A DNA stretch of 54,595 bases from Minisyncoccota bacterium (GTDB lineage: Bacteria > Patescibacteriota > Minisyncoccia > Phycocordibacterales > DATDWN01). The position numbers and the translations under genes were made by a program. The stretch is taken from NCBI GenBank assembly GCA_041658985.1, contig JBAZZC010000005.1, positions 1-54,595 of the forward strand, given 5' to 3'. The notes beneath the pieces are model-generated. The model had not been told where the DNA came from. It saw only the letters and a program-made list of their open reading frames with translations, and searched no databases. Shown one piece after another: positions 45,181 through 54,065 of this stretch. Every line of letters starts with the position of its first letter. The first letter of the stretch is position 1.

Positions 45181-46030
45181 CTAAAAGGAAGTTATCGTGC
45201 AGATTGATTGGTATTGATATTCTTGAAAGAAAACCGTTTGAAAATATTTTTGCCAAGAAAATTTTAAAACCCTGCCATTTATATAACATCTTCATAATAT
45301 ACTGTATTGTAAATCGTTTACCTATTTTTGTGCTTACTTTAACACTAAAACCATTATTTGAGAGATGTTTTCCTAGATTTTTTGGCGAAAAGTAATAAAT
45401 ATGTTCTGGTGGCATTATAAGTTGCCATTTTGAACCTAGTATTCTCGCCCACAAACTCTGTGCATCTGGAGTATTTATTAACAATAATCCTCCTTTTTTA
45501 AGTATTCTACTAGCTTCAGATATAAGTTTTTTTGGGTCTGGAACATGCTCAAGCACATCAAACATGGTTATTACATCAAAAGACTCGCCTAGAAAATTAC
45601 CACTCAACAAATCCCCCGTCACCACATCAAGATCTTTATCCCGAGCAATTTTAGCTGCAAAATCTGAAAGCTCAACCCCTTTTACTTGAAACCCTCTTTT
45701 TTTAGCTAGATTCATAAAAAATCCCGTTGCCGCTCCTATATCTAGAAGTTTCCCATTTTTCAACCCTAATGAAGAAACGATGTTTAAGTATTTTTGAAAA
45801 GTTGGTATCATTGGTTCTTTGTCGGCGTCGTAATCAACATATCCAAACCCATGTTCCGCCCCAGAAAAATATGATTCGTTGTAAACATCAATATTTTTTG
45901 GTAATGGAAAGGTAAATAACAGTTTACAATCTAGACATTTATATAAATGAAAACTATTTTTTTTTGTAAAGAAGGAGGTGTTTTTACTCTCGCAAAGTGG
46001 ACAATTTATTTTGAGAGTTTTATTTTCCAT
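45158..46030 (-). CDS. Class I SAM-dependent methyltransferase with an N-terminal Zn-ribbon
   Basis: Signatures are CPLCES...YKCLDCKL, LLDIGAATGFF and FDVITMFDVLEHVPDP. Confidence 0.8.
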   Translation of the reverse strand: MENKTLKINCPLCESKNTSFFTKKNSFHLYKCLDCKLLFTFPLPKNIDVYNESYFSGAEHGFGYVDYDADKEPMIPTFQKYLNIVSSLGLKNGKLLDIGAATGFFMNLAKKRGFQVKGVELSDFAAKIARDKDLDVVTGDLLSGNFLGESFDVITMFDVLEHVPDPKKLISEASRILKKGGLLLINTPDAQSLWARILGSKWQLIMPPEHIYYFSPKNLGKHLSNNGFSVKVSTKIGKRFTIQYIMKMLYKWQGFKIFLAKIFSNGFLSRISIPINLHDNFLLVAKKSEK

Positions 46031-46710
46031 GGCGCGATAATACCTTCACTGATAATATGACTTGAAATTTTTGACTCCCCACCAACACGATTGATAAAAG
46101 TTATGGGCACTTCAAAAAAAGTCCCACCAGCTTTGTATAAAAGATATTTTATTTCCATAATAAATGCATATCCAGACATATCCATCTTTGAGAAATCAAT
46201 CTTTCTCAAGAGGTTAGCGGAAATTATATTAAAACCACCAGTACAATCATAAATTGGCATACCAGTAATAATTCTGCAGTATAAATTACCATAAAAACTC
46301 AAAATTCTACGCCAAAGTTCCCAACCAATAGTTTTTCCTCCGGCTATGTAACGCGAACCAATAACCACAGAAAATTCTTCAAATTTTTTAAACATATCTG
46401 GTAAATATTTTGGGTCATGAGATAAATCAGCGTCCATCATTACGACAGAACGTACATCATTGTTTTTTAGAATTTCTCTAAAAGCATTAGTATAGGCCCT
46501 ACCAAGACCATCTTTTTTTTGTCTTGATATCAAAGATAAATTCTGATAATTACTTTTTAAATCTATAACGACTTTAGCTGTACCATCTGGAGAATTATCA
46601 TCAGCTACCACAATATATACATTTGGAAGTAATTTAAAAATAAGTGGTATTAAAACACTTACATTTTCTCTTTCGTTATATGTGGGAATAACAATTATGT
46701 CTTTTGCCAT
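46006..46710 (-). CDS. Polyprenol-phosphate mannosyl/glycosyl transferase (Dpm1-like GT2)
   Basis: Signatures are IVIPTYNERENV, VVADDNSPDGT, GLGRAY and MDADLSHDP. Confidence 0.85.
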   Translation of the reverse strand: MAKDIIVIPTYNERENVSVLIPLIFKLLPNVYIVVADDNSPDGTAKVVIDLKSNYQNLSLISRQKKDGLGRAYTNAFREILKNNDVRSVVMMDADLSHDPKYLPDMFKKFEEFSVVIGSRYIAGGKTIGWELWRRILSFYGNLYCRIITGMPIYDCTGGFNIISANLLRKIDFSKMDMSGYAFIMEIKYLLYKAGGTFFEVPITFINRVGGESKISSHIISEGIIAPWKIKLSK

Positions 46711-47846
46711 GAATTGATAAACAAAATAATCTTCTTTGCCCTAATCTCCCAAGTATATTTTTCTTTTACTTCAGAATAGGCGTTTTCTACCAATCGGCTA
46801 CAAAGTGCCGTATCCTCCGAAAGTCTCTTTATGGCACTCGCTAGGGCCTCTGGAGAGCTTGGGGACACCAATATAGCGTTCTTTTCATTGGTTAAAATCT
46901 CTCTTAGAGTAGGCAGAGTTGTGGAAATAATTGGTTTTTTACTTGCCATATATTCAAAAATTTTCAGTGGCGACATATACTGACTATAGTGTTTGTTCTC
47001 TGGAAAAGGAGCTATAAATATATCACACTGCATACTGTATTTATTCACTTCAGCGTGAGGCACATTACCTATAAAAGTAACCCTATTTGAGACACCGAGT
47101 AATAATGACATTTTTTTATAATATTCAACATCTTCCACTTCTCCACCTATAACTAAAAATTTAAAATTAGTGGGTAATAGATTCAGGGCCTTTAAACCAT
47201 CAGCAACTCCCTTTTCCATACCCATTGTTTTTAGTGTACCAACATATCCAAAAACAAAATCATTTTTTGATATACCCTCTATTTCAAAATTATTTGAGGT
47301 CTGATTAAATTGACTCAAATCAACCCCACTTGGCGAAATTAATATTTTTTTATCATCAACCCCAAAATCAATTAATATTTTTTTGATGCTAGTAGTAAGC
47401 ACCACAAAGAGATTTGTTCTCTTAATAGCAAAATTAAAAAAAGACTTTGATTTAGGAATACTGTGAAGTTCTAAAACCTTAAAACTTTTCTTTGGAAAAA
47501 ACAAAGTAGTTAAAAAATCACGCGTGTAGAGTATATCTTTTTTACCTAATTTTACTTTTAATCTTGTTGCAATTAAAAAAGATAAAGTATCAAACCAATA
47601 AAAAACTCTGCTAAATTTTTCAGTGAGAGCTAAAAAATCCAAACTTGGAATTTTCTTAATTTCAAAATCTTTTTCAATTTTAAAGTAATCAAAGGGGTCT
47701 TGTTTATTATCATTATTACTTCTCTCTGGTACAAAAAGTTCCAAAGCCACTCCCGCCCTAGTAAACTCCGAACACATCTTCATAATGGCATATCCCGCCG
47801 CCCGAGAAGTAGGTAATCTTACATTTGTTACATATTTTATATGCAT
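46695..47846 (-). CDS. GT4-family glycosyltransferase
   Basis: Two-Rossmann pattern with a C-terminal PLKIFEYMASKKPIISTTLPTLREIL..EKNAILV. Confidence 0.7.
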   Translation of the reverse strand: MHIKYVTNVRLPTSRAAGYAIMKMCSEFTRAGVALELFVPERSNNDNKQDPFDYFKIEKDFEIKKIPSLDFLALTEKFSRVFYWFDTLSFLIATRLKVKLGKKDILYTRDFLTTLFFPKKSFKVLELHSIPKSKSFFNFAIKRTNLFVVLTTSIKKILIDFGVDDKKILISPSGVDLSQFNQTSNNFEIEGISKNDFVFGYVGTLKTMGMEKGVADGLKALNLLPTNFKFLVIGGEVEDVEYYKKMSLLLGVSNRVTFIGNVPHAEVNKYSMQCDIFIAPFPENKHYSQYMSPLKIFEYMASKKPIISTTLPTLREILTNEKNAILVSPSSPEALASAIKRLSEDTALCSRLVENAYSEVKEKYTWEIRAKKIILFINSWQKT

Positions 47847-47853
47847 TTAAAAA

Positions 47854-48636
47854 TTATTTAATATAAACCCGCACCTCTTTAAACCCATTTTTTGATTTCT
47901 CCACTATTTCATTTTTTACGGCAACTCTCACCTCACTAAGTTCTCGAATAACAATCGCTCTTCTTCCAACCTCCTTTAAACCTAATATTTTTTCTTTGCC
48001 TTGACGAATATCAGATTCTATATCCCATATTTTAGCATTAATCTCATACAATTTATTAATCCATTCTTCTTCTATCTCAGTATCTTTTTGTCGAAACCTA
48101 TCTATTGCCTGACCATATAACCCATACTCCTTTTCCAATGAGGGTTTTTCATATAATACTTGATCTGAAGTTAGGCCACTCATTCTTTCTTTTTTTAATT
48201 TCAATATAGTATATCTATCTATTATCTCTGCTAACGACATCATTATGGTTTTTGTAGTAATGCTATGTTTCTTCATAATCTCATTCTTTACTGCAATTCT
48301 TTCTTCGTTGAAACCACGTAGTAAGATAGCGCTTTTTCCAACTTCTTCCATCTTCTCTGAATTTAAATTGGATAATTTATCCATGTTCCGACGAATGTTA
48401 GATTCCATTTCCTTACATCTTGAATTAATTTCATATAATTTTTGGATTATCTCATTATTTATATCAATACCCATTTGGCAAAATTCATCTATTACCTGAC
48501 CATATAACGAAAGTTCTTTTTCCATTGAAGGTTTCTCTTCTATCACCTGATTCGGTGTTAAATAGTCATCTATTCCCTCCATTTTCAATTTCAATATAGT
48601 ATATCTATCTATTATTTCTGCTAGCGACATTTCCAT
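47854..48636 (-). CDS. Protein made of two tandem 130-aa helical repeats (possibly DUF4254-like), function unknown
   Basis: MSLAEIIDRYTILKLK occurs at residues 3-18 and 133-148. Both halves end in ...AI.IR...E.R.AVKNEI. The nt repeat at 48198-48240 matches 48588-48630 (offset 390 nt). Confidence 0.6.
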   Translation of the reverse strand: MEMSLAEIIDRYTILKLKMEGIDDYLTPNQVIEEKPSMEKELSLYGQVIDEFCQMGIDINNEIIQKLYEINSRCKEMESNIRRNMDKLSNLNSEKMEEVGKSAILLRGFNEERIAVKNEIMKKHSITTKTIMMSLAEIIDRYTILKLKKERMSGLTSDQVLYEKPSLEKEYGLYGQAIDRFRQKDTEIEEEWINKLYEINAKIWDIESDIRQGKEKILGLKEVGRRAIVIRELSEVRVAVKNEIVEKSKNGFKEVRVYIK

Positions 48637-48650
48637 ATATTTTTATCTGA

Positions 48651-49835
48651 TTATTTGTAATTTAATGTTTTTTTGTATATCTTAAGACTCTCCTCAGCAT
48701 ATCTCTTCCAACTAAATGTTTTCACTCGTTCTAATCCCTTGGCAATTAATTGTTTTCTTAAACTCTCATCTCCAACAATACGTTTCATTGCCATCATAAT
48801 ATCCTCTATATTATACGGGTCAACTAATATCGCCGCTCCACCACCTGCTTCGGGCATAGCTGACATATTTGAAGTGATAACTGGTGTACCACAAGCCATT
48901 CCTTCTGCGATTGGCATCCCAAATCCCTCATTTAGAGAGACCAGAATCAGAGCAGTAGCTAGAGAATAAAAAGCTGGTATATCTACTGGAGGAACATAAC
49001 TTATAAAAATAATATCCTTAGAATACTCTGCCTCCTTGACAACATTTTTTATTTCTTCCGCCCCAAGAGATGCTTTGCCAATAATGATTAATTTCTCCTT
49101 AACCGCTGGTTCTCTTTTACGCAACAGATCATAGGCCAAAATCAATCTTGGAACATTTTTGTGTGTTACTAGACCACCAACATAAAGGAGATACTTATCT
49201 GTATAAATATTGTATTTCTTCAAGACCTCCCTCGCGGTAATTTCAGGAACAGGATGAAATTCTGGGTCAAGACCGTTGTATATAGTAAACGCTTTTGATT
49301 CTGGAATGTGGTACGTTCTCATAATTTCTTTCTTTGCATATTCTGTCACACCGATAATAGCATCAATGTATCTACTAAAAAAACGAATGGTAAACCAAAA
49401 TATAGTATTTGCTAGTGTCCAAACACCAATATATCCATCGTGAGCCATAATTATCTTTTTCTTGGCTGGAAATAACCAGAAGAAAGGAAAAATCCTTGGC
49501 ACAAGCCAGTGGACTATATCAAATTTTTCTTTCGTCTTTAGACAAAATATAACAAAAGAAACAAATTGTGAACCAAACGGTAAAGAATATCTTGGAATTA
49601 TTATCTCGTGAACTTCCTGGTAAAGTGGCTCATCTAGCATTTTTTTATAATGTATAAGATAGATTTCTAATTCTGGATATTTTAAAAGATTTTGCACTAG
49701 TCGTTTAGTAGCTAAAACCTTCTCTGGTCTACGATCCATTGTGTCGGATATAATTGCTACTTTTATCCGCACACCAATGTTGCCATCGCTTTTTATGTTC
49801 TGTTTCAAGATATCTGTATGATTTGTATTTTCCAT
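48651..49835 (-). CDS. GT4-family glycosyltransferase
   Basis: NEGFGMPIAEGMACGTPVITSNMSAMPEAGGGAAILVDP. Confidence 0.8.
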   Translation of the reverse strand: MENTNHTDILKQNIKSDGNIGVRIKVAIISDTMDRRPEKVLATKRLVQNLLKYPELEIYLIHYKKMLDEPLYQEVHEIIIPRYSLPFGSQFVSFVIFCLKTKEKFDIVHWLVPRIFPFFWLFPAKKKIIMAHDGYIGVWTLANTIFWFTIRFFSRYIDAIIGVTEYAKKEIMRTYHIPESKAFTIYNGLDPEFHPVPEITAREVLKKYNIYTDKYLLYVGGLVTHKNVPRLILAYDLLRKREPAVKEKLIIIGKASLGAEEIKNVVKEAEYSKDIIFISYVPPVDIPAFYSLATALILVSLNEGFGMPIAEGMACGTPVITSNMSAMPEAGGGAAILVDPYNIEDIMMAMKRIVGDESLRKQLIAKGLERVKTFSWKRYAEESLKIYKKTLNYK

Positions 49836-49865
49836 ATTGTGTAAGATATAAAAAATTATTAAAAA

Positions 49866-49896
49866 AGCAGAACAATGGCAATTTTGGTGTTCGGAT
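49866..49896. repeat. Solo right-arm fragment (copy C) of the 135-bp inverted-repeat element family
   Basis: agcagaacaatggcaattttggtgttcggat aligns with the right ends of copies A and B. No partner arm lies in the 81-bp intergenic space. Confidence 0.6.
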
Positions 49897-49916
49897 GAAT
49901 TTTCTTTTCCATAATT

Positions 49917-50888
49917 TTAATTTAATGATTTTTGGAAAACCGCAACGAAGCTTTTCCCAGAGTTTGGAAATAATACTGATAATATTTTTTCGTATAATTT
50001 TAATAACAAAATTGTTGGATTGTCATTTAGGTGATTGTATGTCTTCTTTTCTATTAAAACAAGGTTTGAGGTGTGTTTCGCTAAATTATCAATATCAAAA
50101 CCGGTACTTGAATATAACTCCATAATTAACCCCATTTTTGACGGACTTAAAGGTTTACAAATGAATTTTTGATTTATAAGTTCTTCGTTAACTTTCTCGT
50201 AAAGCATTTCGTAATAACTTACTTCATTACTTTTAAAATAACGCGTATATAAATTTATTAGACCAAGATGATTAAAAAGGCTTTCAAGAAACATCCTCCT
50301 GTTTGAAAATATTCTGATTATTTTGTAATTCGTCCATAAAATTTTATGTTTAAAAAAGGCACTATTTACCTCGTGAGCAATTATCAAGATACCCTCTGTT
50401 TTAAGCACACGATTTATTTCTTGGAGAATTTTTTTTGTATCAGGAATGTGATGGAGAACAGAATTCAAGGTCACAATATCAAAACAATCATCGGGAAAAC
50501 CTAACGTTTCAGAATTAATCGTTTTAAATTCCAATCTACATTTAAACTTATCTCTAAAATGATTTTCACAATAATCTAACATTTCTTTTGAGATATCTGT
50601 AAAAACAAAAGTATCTTCTTTTTTAAGATTATTGCAGACATGATCCGCTACAAAACCCGAACCACATCCAATATCTAAAACTCTTAAGGACCTATTTGAT
50701 GTAAAATATTTTTTAGCTAAACCGTTCCATCTATCTGCTTCAAATTTTTTTATTTCTGGGTGCTTTTCGTCGTACATCTCTGGTTCAATATCAAAATAAA
50801 TTTCGTTTGCTTTTTTTACAAGTTCATCAAAACTAACACCATCACAGACGTGAGTTGTGTAGATTTTTTTTTGCTGTTCAGTAATCAC
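49917..50888 (-). CDS. Class I SAM-dependent methyltransferase
   Basis: Signatures are VLDIGCGSGFVADHV and FDIVTLNSVLHHIPD. Confidence 0.8.
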   Translation of the reverse strand: MITEQQKKIYTTHVCDGVSFDELVKKANEIYFDIEPEMYDEKHPEIKKFEADRWNGLAKKYFTSNRSLRVLDIGCGSGFVADHVCNNLKKEDTFVFTDISKEMLDYCENHFRDKFKCRLEFKTINSETLGFPDDCFDIVTLNSVLHHIPDTKKILQEINRVLKTEGILIIAHEVNSAFFKHKILWTNYKIIRIFSNRRMFLESLFNHLGLINLYTRYFKSNEVSYYEMLYEKVNEELINQKFICKPLSPSKMGLIMELYSSTGFDIDNLAKHTSNLVLIEKKTYNHLNDNPTILLLKLYEKILSVLFPNSGKSFVAVFQKSLN

Positions 50889-50977
50889 AAATTTTAATAA
50901 TTTACTTATTATTTAAACCTCAATCATAGCTAATTTGATATTTAAAGGCAAGAATATCACTATTTTAAGTAAAAAGA

Positions 50978-51001
50978 GCGCCCCCGTGTTTCAGGGGGCG
51001 C
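50978..51001 (-). terminator. GC-rich rho-independent terminator of the radical SAM gene
   Basis: gcgccccc-gtgtttca-gggggcgc. On the minus strand it is followed by tctttttac. Confidence 0.75.
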
Positions 51002-51078
51002 ATTGTCGACGTTTATCGTCTCGCGATAGAATCTTCGACCCCGTTCTCTGTTCTATAGAGACCGTAGCCGAAAAGATG

Positions 51079-52851
51079 TCACCGCGCTAGACTGCCGAAC
51101 TCGTGCCAGAATTTTTCCGGCGGTAGACTGAAGACTCCTTTCTCAATCATGGTACGGGCAAGCTTTGGCCCGCTTGGAAAAAAACAGAAGTAGAGTGGGT
51201 TGTCTCTGATGCCCGCAGGAAAACTATCCGGCGAACACCATAGTCCATCTGCGAGCTTCCGTTTCCATTCCTCAACTTCGTAGTTATGGCCCGCCTGTCG
51301 AAGGTGTTCCTCCGTCAATTTCCCGAGGTTAGCGAATGTCCATTCCTCTTTCCTCAACTCCACCCATTTCCACCCCAACTCGTAACCTCGGGGCACCTTG
51401 GACAACCAATTGAAGATCGGTTGGAGATGAGAGGTCTGGTCGCAGTATCGTTCGTTCGCTTCCGCGTCCAGATACTGAATCTCGCAGATAGGCACTCGCC
51501 TCACGCCCGACAGATGCACAAGCCCATCTTCCACGAATACGTCTGCCCTCCCATTTCCATTCTTCGACTCGGTGTACATTCGAAGTAATGGACTGTCAAA
51601 CCGACGCCCCGTTAGTGGACGCAGGCGTTCGATGTGTGGCAGGACCGTTTCCATCGCTGTCGTGGAATGAAGCAACGGACTGCGATTCCAGTAGATACTT
51701 GATGGCGAATCCTCACTCCAAAATCCCCACTGTCTGGCAATCTTTCCCATGTTGGTCTCTCCAAACGGATGGAGAATTGATGACCAGGCCATAGTCGGAT
51801 TGATCTCGTGGTTCAGCTGGAGTGTTGAGAGGTCTGTCTCGAGGTTTGAGAAGGGAATCTGCAACATCTGTTCCGTTCGCAGTGTCATCCCTCGTCGCAT
51901 GATCTCGTGACAACCCCCAACGATGAGTTCGTGCTCCATTGGACGTAGCAAGACGAGTTCGCGAAGAAAAGCGTTCCCAGATTCGATTGCCAGGGTTATC
52001 CCCGAACAACCACCCTCGACAAACAAATCGAGACGCTCTTCCCCAGGTTTACCCCGAGTGAGTTCAAGCCGGATTTGGCAGTGCCACGAGACTCCGACTT
52101 CACTTTTCCAGCGTCTAACGAATTCTCGAAGCCAACTCAGGTCGTAGCCGAAGATGTCATCCTGAAAATAGAACATCTTTACGCCCCAGTGATCGCGGAC
52201 GTAAAGTGCTTCAGCAATGATATCATCAAGCGGTCGCACTCGAAACACGTGCTTGAACCCCCCCTGTTTCTTGTACATCTCATTCAGGTGAGGACTATTG
52301 CAGTACGTGCAATGGAATGGGCAACCAGTCGAGCCCATGATGGACTTGATGTGGCTCTTCGCCAGATCAGGATATCGATGGTACACGATTTCCCGTCCAA
52401 GATTGGATAGAGGAAACTCTTCTGCTCTTGCGTTTTCATCAAAGAGAACGTTTGAGCTAAGTTGCCTCACCCCAACCGGAAGGGTCTCTGCACCACTAAT
52501 ATTCTGAAGGATGTACTTCCAGATTCGGAAGCTGTCGCCCTTAGCTACCCAGTCGGCATGCCTTGCGCATTCATCGGTATGATATGTCGCATGTGGCCCA
52601 CCAATGGCAACCAGGACTCCCTTTTCTCGTAGTATGTCCGCAGCGCGGAATGCCTGCTCATGTGCTCCAGTCCAGATTGAAAAACCAACCAAATCAGCAC
52701 CTTTCGCTTCATTGATTAGTGGTTCAAAATCTGAATTCTGGTGAAGGTAGACTTCAGCGTCCCAACCGAGCATCTTGGCGATACTCAGTAAGTGCTGAAT
52801 CCCCAAGGGTTCAATCACGTACTTCTCCATCGTCAAAATAACTCTCGGCAT
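51079..52851 (-). CDS. B12-binding-domain radical SAM protein (class B, probable methylase), high-GC gene
   Basis: The N-terminal cobalamin-binding-like Rossmann region is ADLVGFSIWTGAHEQAFRAADILREKGVLVAIGGPHAT. The CxxxCxxC motif is in GSTGCPFHCTYCNS. A C-terminal extension of about 250 aa follows. The composition is visibly GC-rich relative to its neighbours. Confidence 0.8.
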   Translation of the reverse strand: MPRVILTMEKYVIEPLGIQHLLSIAKMLGWDAEVYLHQNSDFEPLINEAKGADLVGFSIWTGAHEQAFRAADILREKGVLVAIGGPHATYHTDECARHADWVAKGDSFRIWKYILQNISGAETLPVGVRQLSSNVLFDENARAEEFPLSNLGREIVYHRYPDLAKSHIKSIMGSTGCPFHCTYCNSPHLNEMYKKQGGFKHVFRVRPLDDIIAEALYVRDHWGVKMFYFQDDIFGYDLSWLREFVRRWKSEVGVSWHCQIRLELTRGKPGEERLDLFVEGGCSGITLAIESGNAFLRELVLLRPMEHELIVGGCHEIMRRGMTLRTEQMLQIPFSNLETDLSTLQLNHEINPTMAWSSILHPFGETNMGKIARQWGFWSEDSPSSIYWNRSPLLHSTTAMETVLPHIERLRPLTGRRFDSPLLRMYTESKNGNGRADVFVEDGLVHLSGVRRVPICEIQYLDAEANERYCDQTSHLQPIFNWLSKVPRGYELGWKWVELRKEEWTFANLGKLTEEHLRQAGHNYEVEEWKRKLADGLWCSPDSFPAGIRDNPLYFCFFPSGPKLARTMIEKGVFSLPPEKFWHEFGSLAR

Positions 52852-52907
52852 TTGCTTTTTTTCCTTTCGTCACTCACAAATTCAAAGACCATTCTGTACC
52901 TACCTTA

Positions 52908-54065
52908 TCATAAGATTCCTTTTATTGCATCGACAATCCTTTTTGCTTCAGCTATTGTCAATTTAGCACTCAATGGTAATGATACAGTTCTTGAACCAAT
53001 ATATTCTGCATTCGGATAATGACCAACTTTATGACCATAAGTATTGGTGTAATGATCATGTAAATGTACGGGGTTATAGTGAACTCCAGTTCCAATCCCA
53101 CGCAAATGCAATTCCTGCATAAATTTATCTCTTGAGATTCCACACTTTTTTTCATCAACTAAAATAGTATAAAGATGCATAACGTGTTTTATGTCTTTAT
53201 CTTTGTAGTCAGGTAAAATAATTGGTAATCCTTTTAACTCTTTATTATAGAAATCCCAAATCTGTTTTCTTTTCTTGTGATATTTTTCAATTCTTTTTAG
53301 CTGGTGAATACCAATTGAGGCCTGAATGTCCATCATGTTGTATTTAAATCCTGGATAGACTACCTCATAATGTTTATAACCATCATCAGAAAATCTTTTC
53401 CATGCGTCTTTGGACATACCATGAAGAGCTAGAACTTTTATTTTATCGGCAAACTCTTTATTGTTAGTCAAAACCATACCACCCTCACCTGTTGTTATAT
53501 TTTTTGTGACATAAAAACTAATACAAGTCAGGTCACCCATACTACCAATTTTTTTATTTTTATACTCGGCCCCGATAGCATGAGCTGCATCTTCAATTAT
53601 CAGTAGTCTATATTTCTTTGCAATTGTTAGAATTTTGTCCATATTGCATGGTCGTCCAGCAAAATGTACAGGCATAATGGCTTTGGTCTTTTTCGTAATA
53701 GCTTTTTCTATTTTTGTTTCGTCAATATTCATCGTCTTCAAATCAACATCAACAAAGACAGGAGTTGCTCCACTGTGAATTATGGCGTTAGCGGTTGCGC
53801 AGAAAGTTAATGGTGTAGTTATGACTTCATCTCCCTTACCAATACCCGATGCAACTAAAGACAGATGAAGTGCTGCGGTGCAAGAATTGACGGCCATAGC
53901 ATATTTTGCCCCAGTAAGTTCGCTCATCATTTTTTCAAATTTTGTTACCTTTGGCCCAGTTCCTAGCCATCCAGAACGCAGGGTCTTAACCACTTCCTTT
54001 ATTTCTGGTTCTTCAATCATTGGCGAGCCAAAGACTATGTATTTTTGTTGGACTTTTTTACTCAT
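52908..54065 (-). CDS. DegT/DnrJ/EryC1/StrS-family PLP-dependent sugar aminotransferase
   Basis: Signatures are FGSPMIEEPEIKEVVKTLRSGWLGTGPKV, AVNSCTAALHLSL and SFYVTKNITTGEGGMV (the family's conserved lysine region). Confidence 0.9.
   Translation of the reverse strand: MSKKVQQKYIVFGSPMIEEPEIKEVVKTLRSGWLGTGPKVTKFEKMMSELTGAKYAMAVNSCTAALHLSLVASGIGKGDEVITTPLTFCATANAIIHSGATPVFVDVDLKTMNIDETKIEKAITKKTKAIMPVHFAGRPCNMDKILTIAKKYRLLIIEDAAHAIGAEYKNKKIGSMGDLTCISFYVTKNITTGEGGMVLTNNKEFADKIKVLALHGMSKDAWKRFSDDGYKHYEVVYPGFKYNMMDIQASIGIHQLKRIEKYHKKRKQIWDFYNKELKGLPIILPDYKDKDIKHVMHLYTILVDEKKCGISRDKFMQELHLRGIGTGVHYNPVHLHDHYTNTYGHKVGHYPNAEYIGSRTVSLPLSAKLTIAEAKRIVDAIKGIL

Noticed and set aside
3613-50125. Numerous short antisense or overlapping ORFs inside larger genes, for example 3613-3819, 3994-4212, 5990-6226, 13156-13353, 17273-17632, 18102-18862, 19161-19631, 20214-20463, 22710-23057, 23279-23470, 25229-25441, 26387-26631, 27365-27646, 28213-28834, 32436-32738, 33964-34221, 35367-35561, 37489-38274, 38964-39257, 39783-40142, 41087-41585, 41743-42083, 42534-43121, 44696-44980, 45204-45915, 48245-48499, 48673-48969, 49754-50125, 52792-53158 and 53878-54078.
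   Set aside because: Each lies within or opposite a longer ORF that has clear family motifs. None has independent support from motifs, start context or conservation that I can see.
51286-52507. Multiple plus- and minus-strand ORFs inside the radical SAM gene (51286-51588, 51588-51794, 51713-52009, 51923-52147, 52075-52410, 52298-52507).
   Set aside because: These are alternative-frame artefacts of a high-GC gene. Only the 590-aa frame carries the B12-binding and CxxxCxxC motifs.
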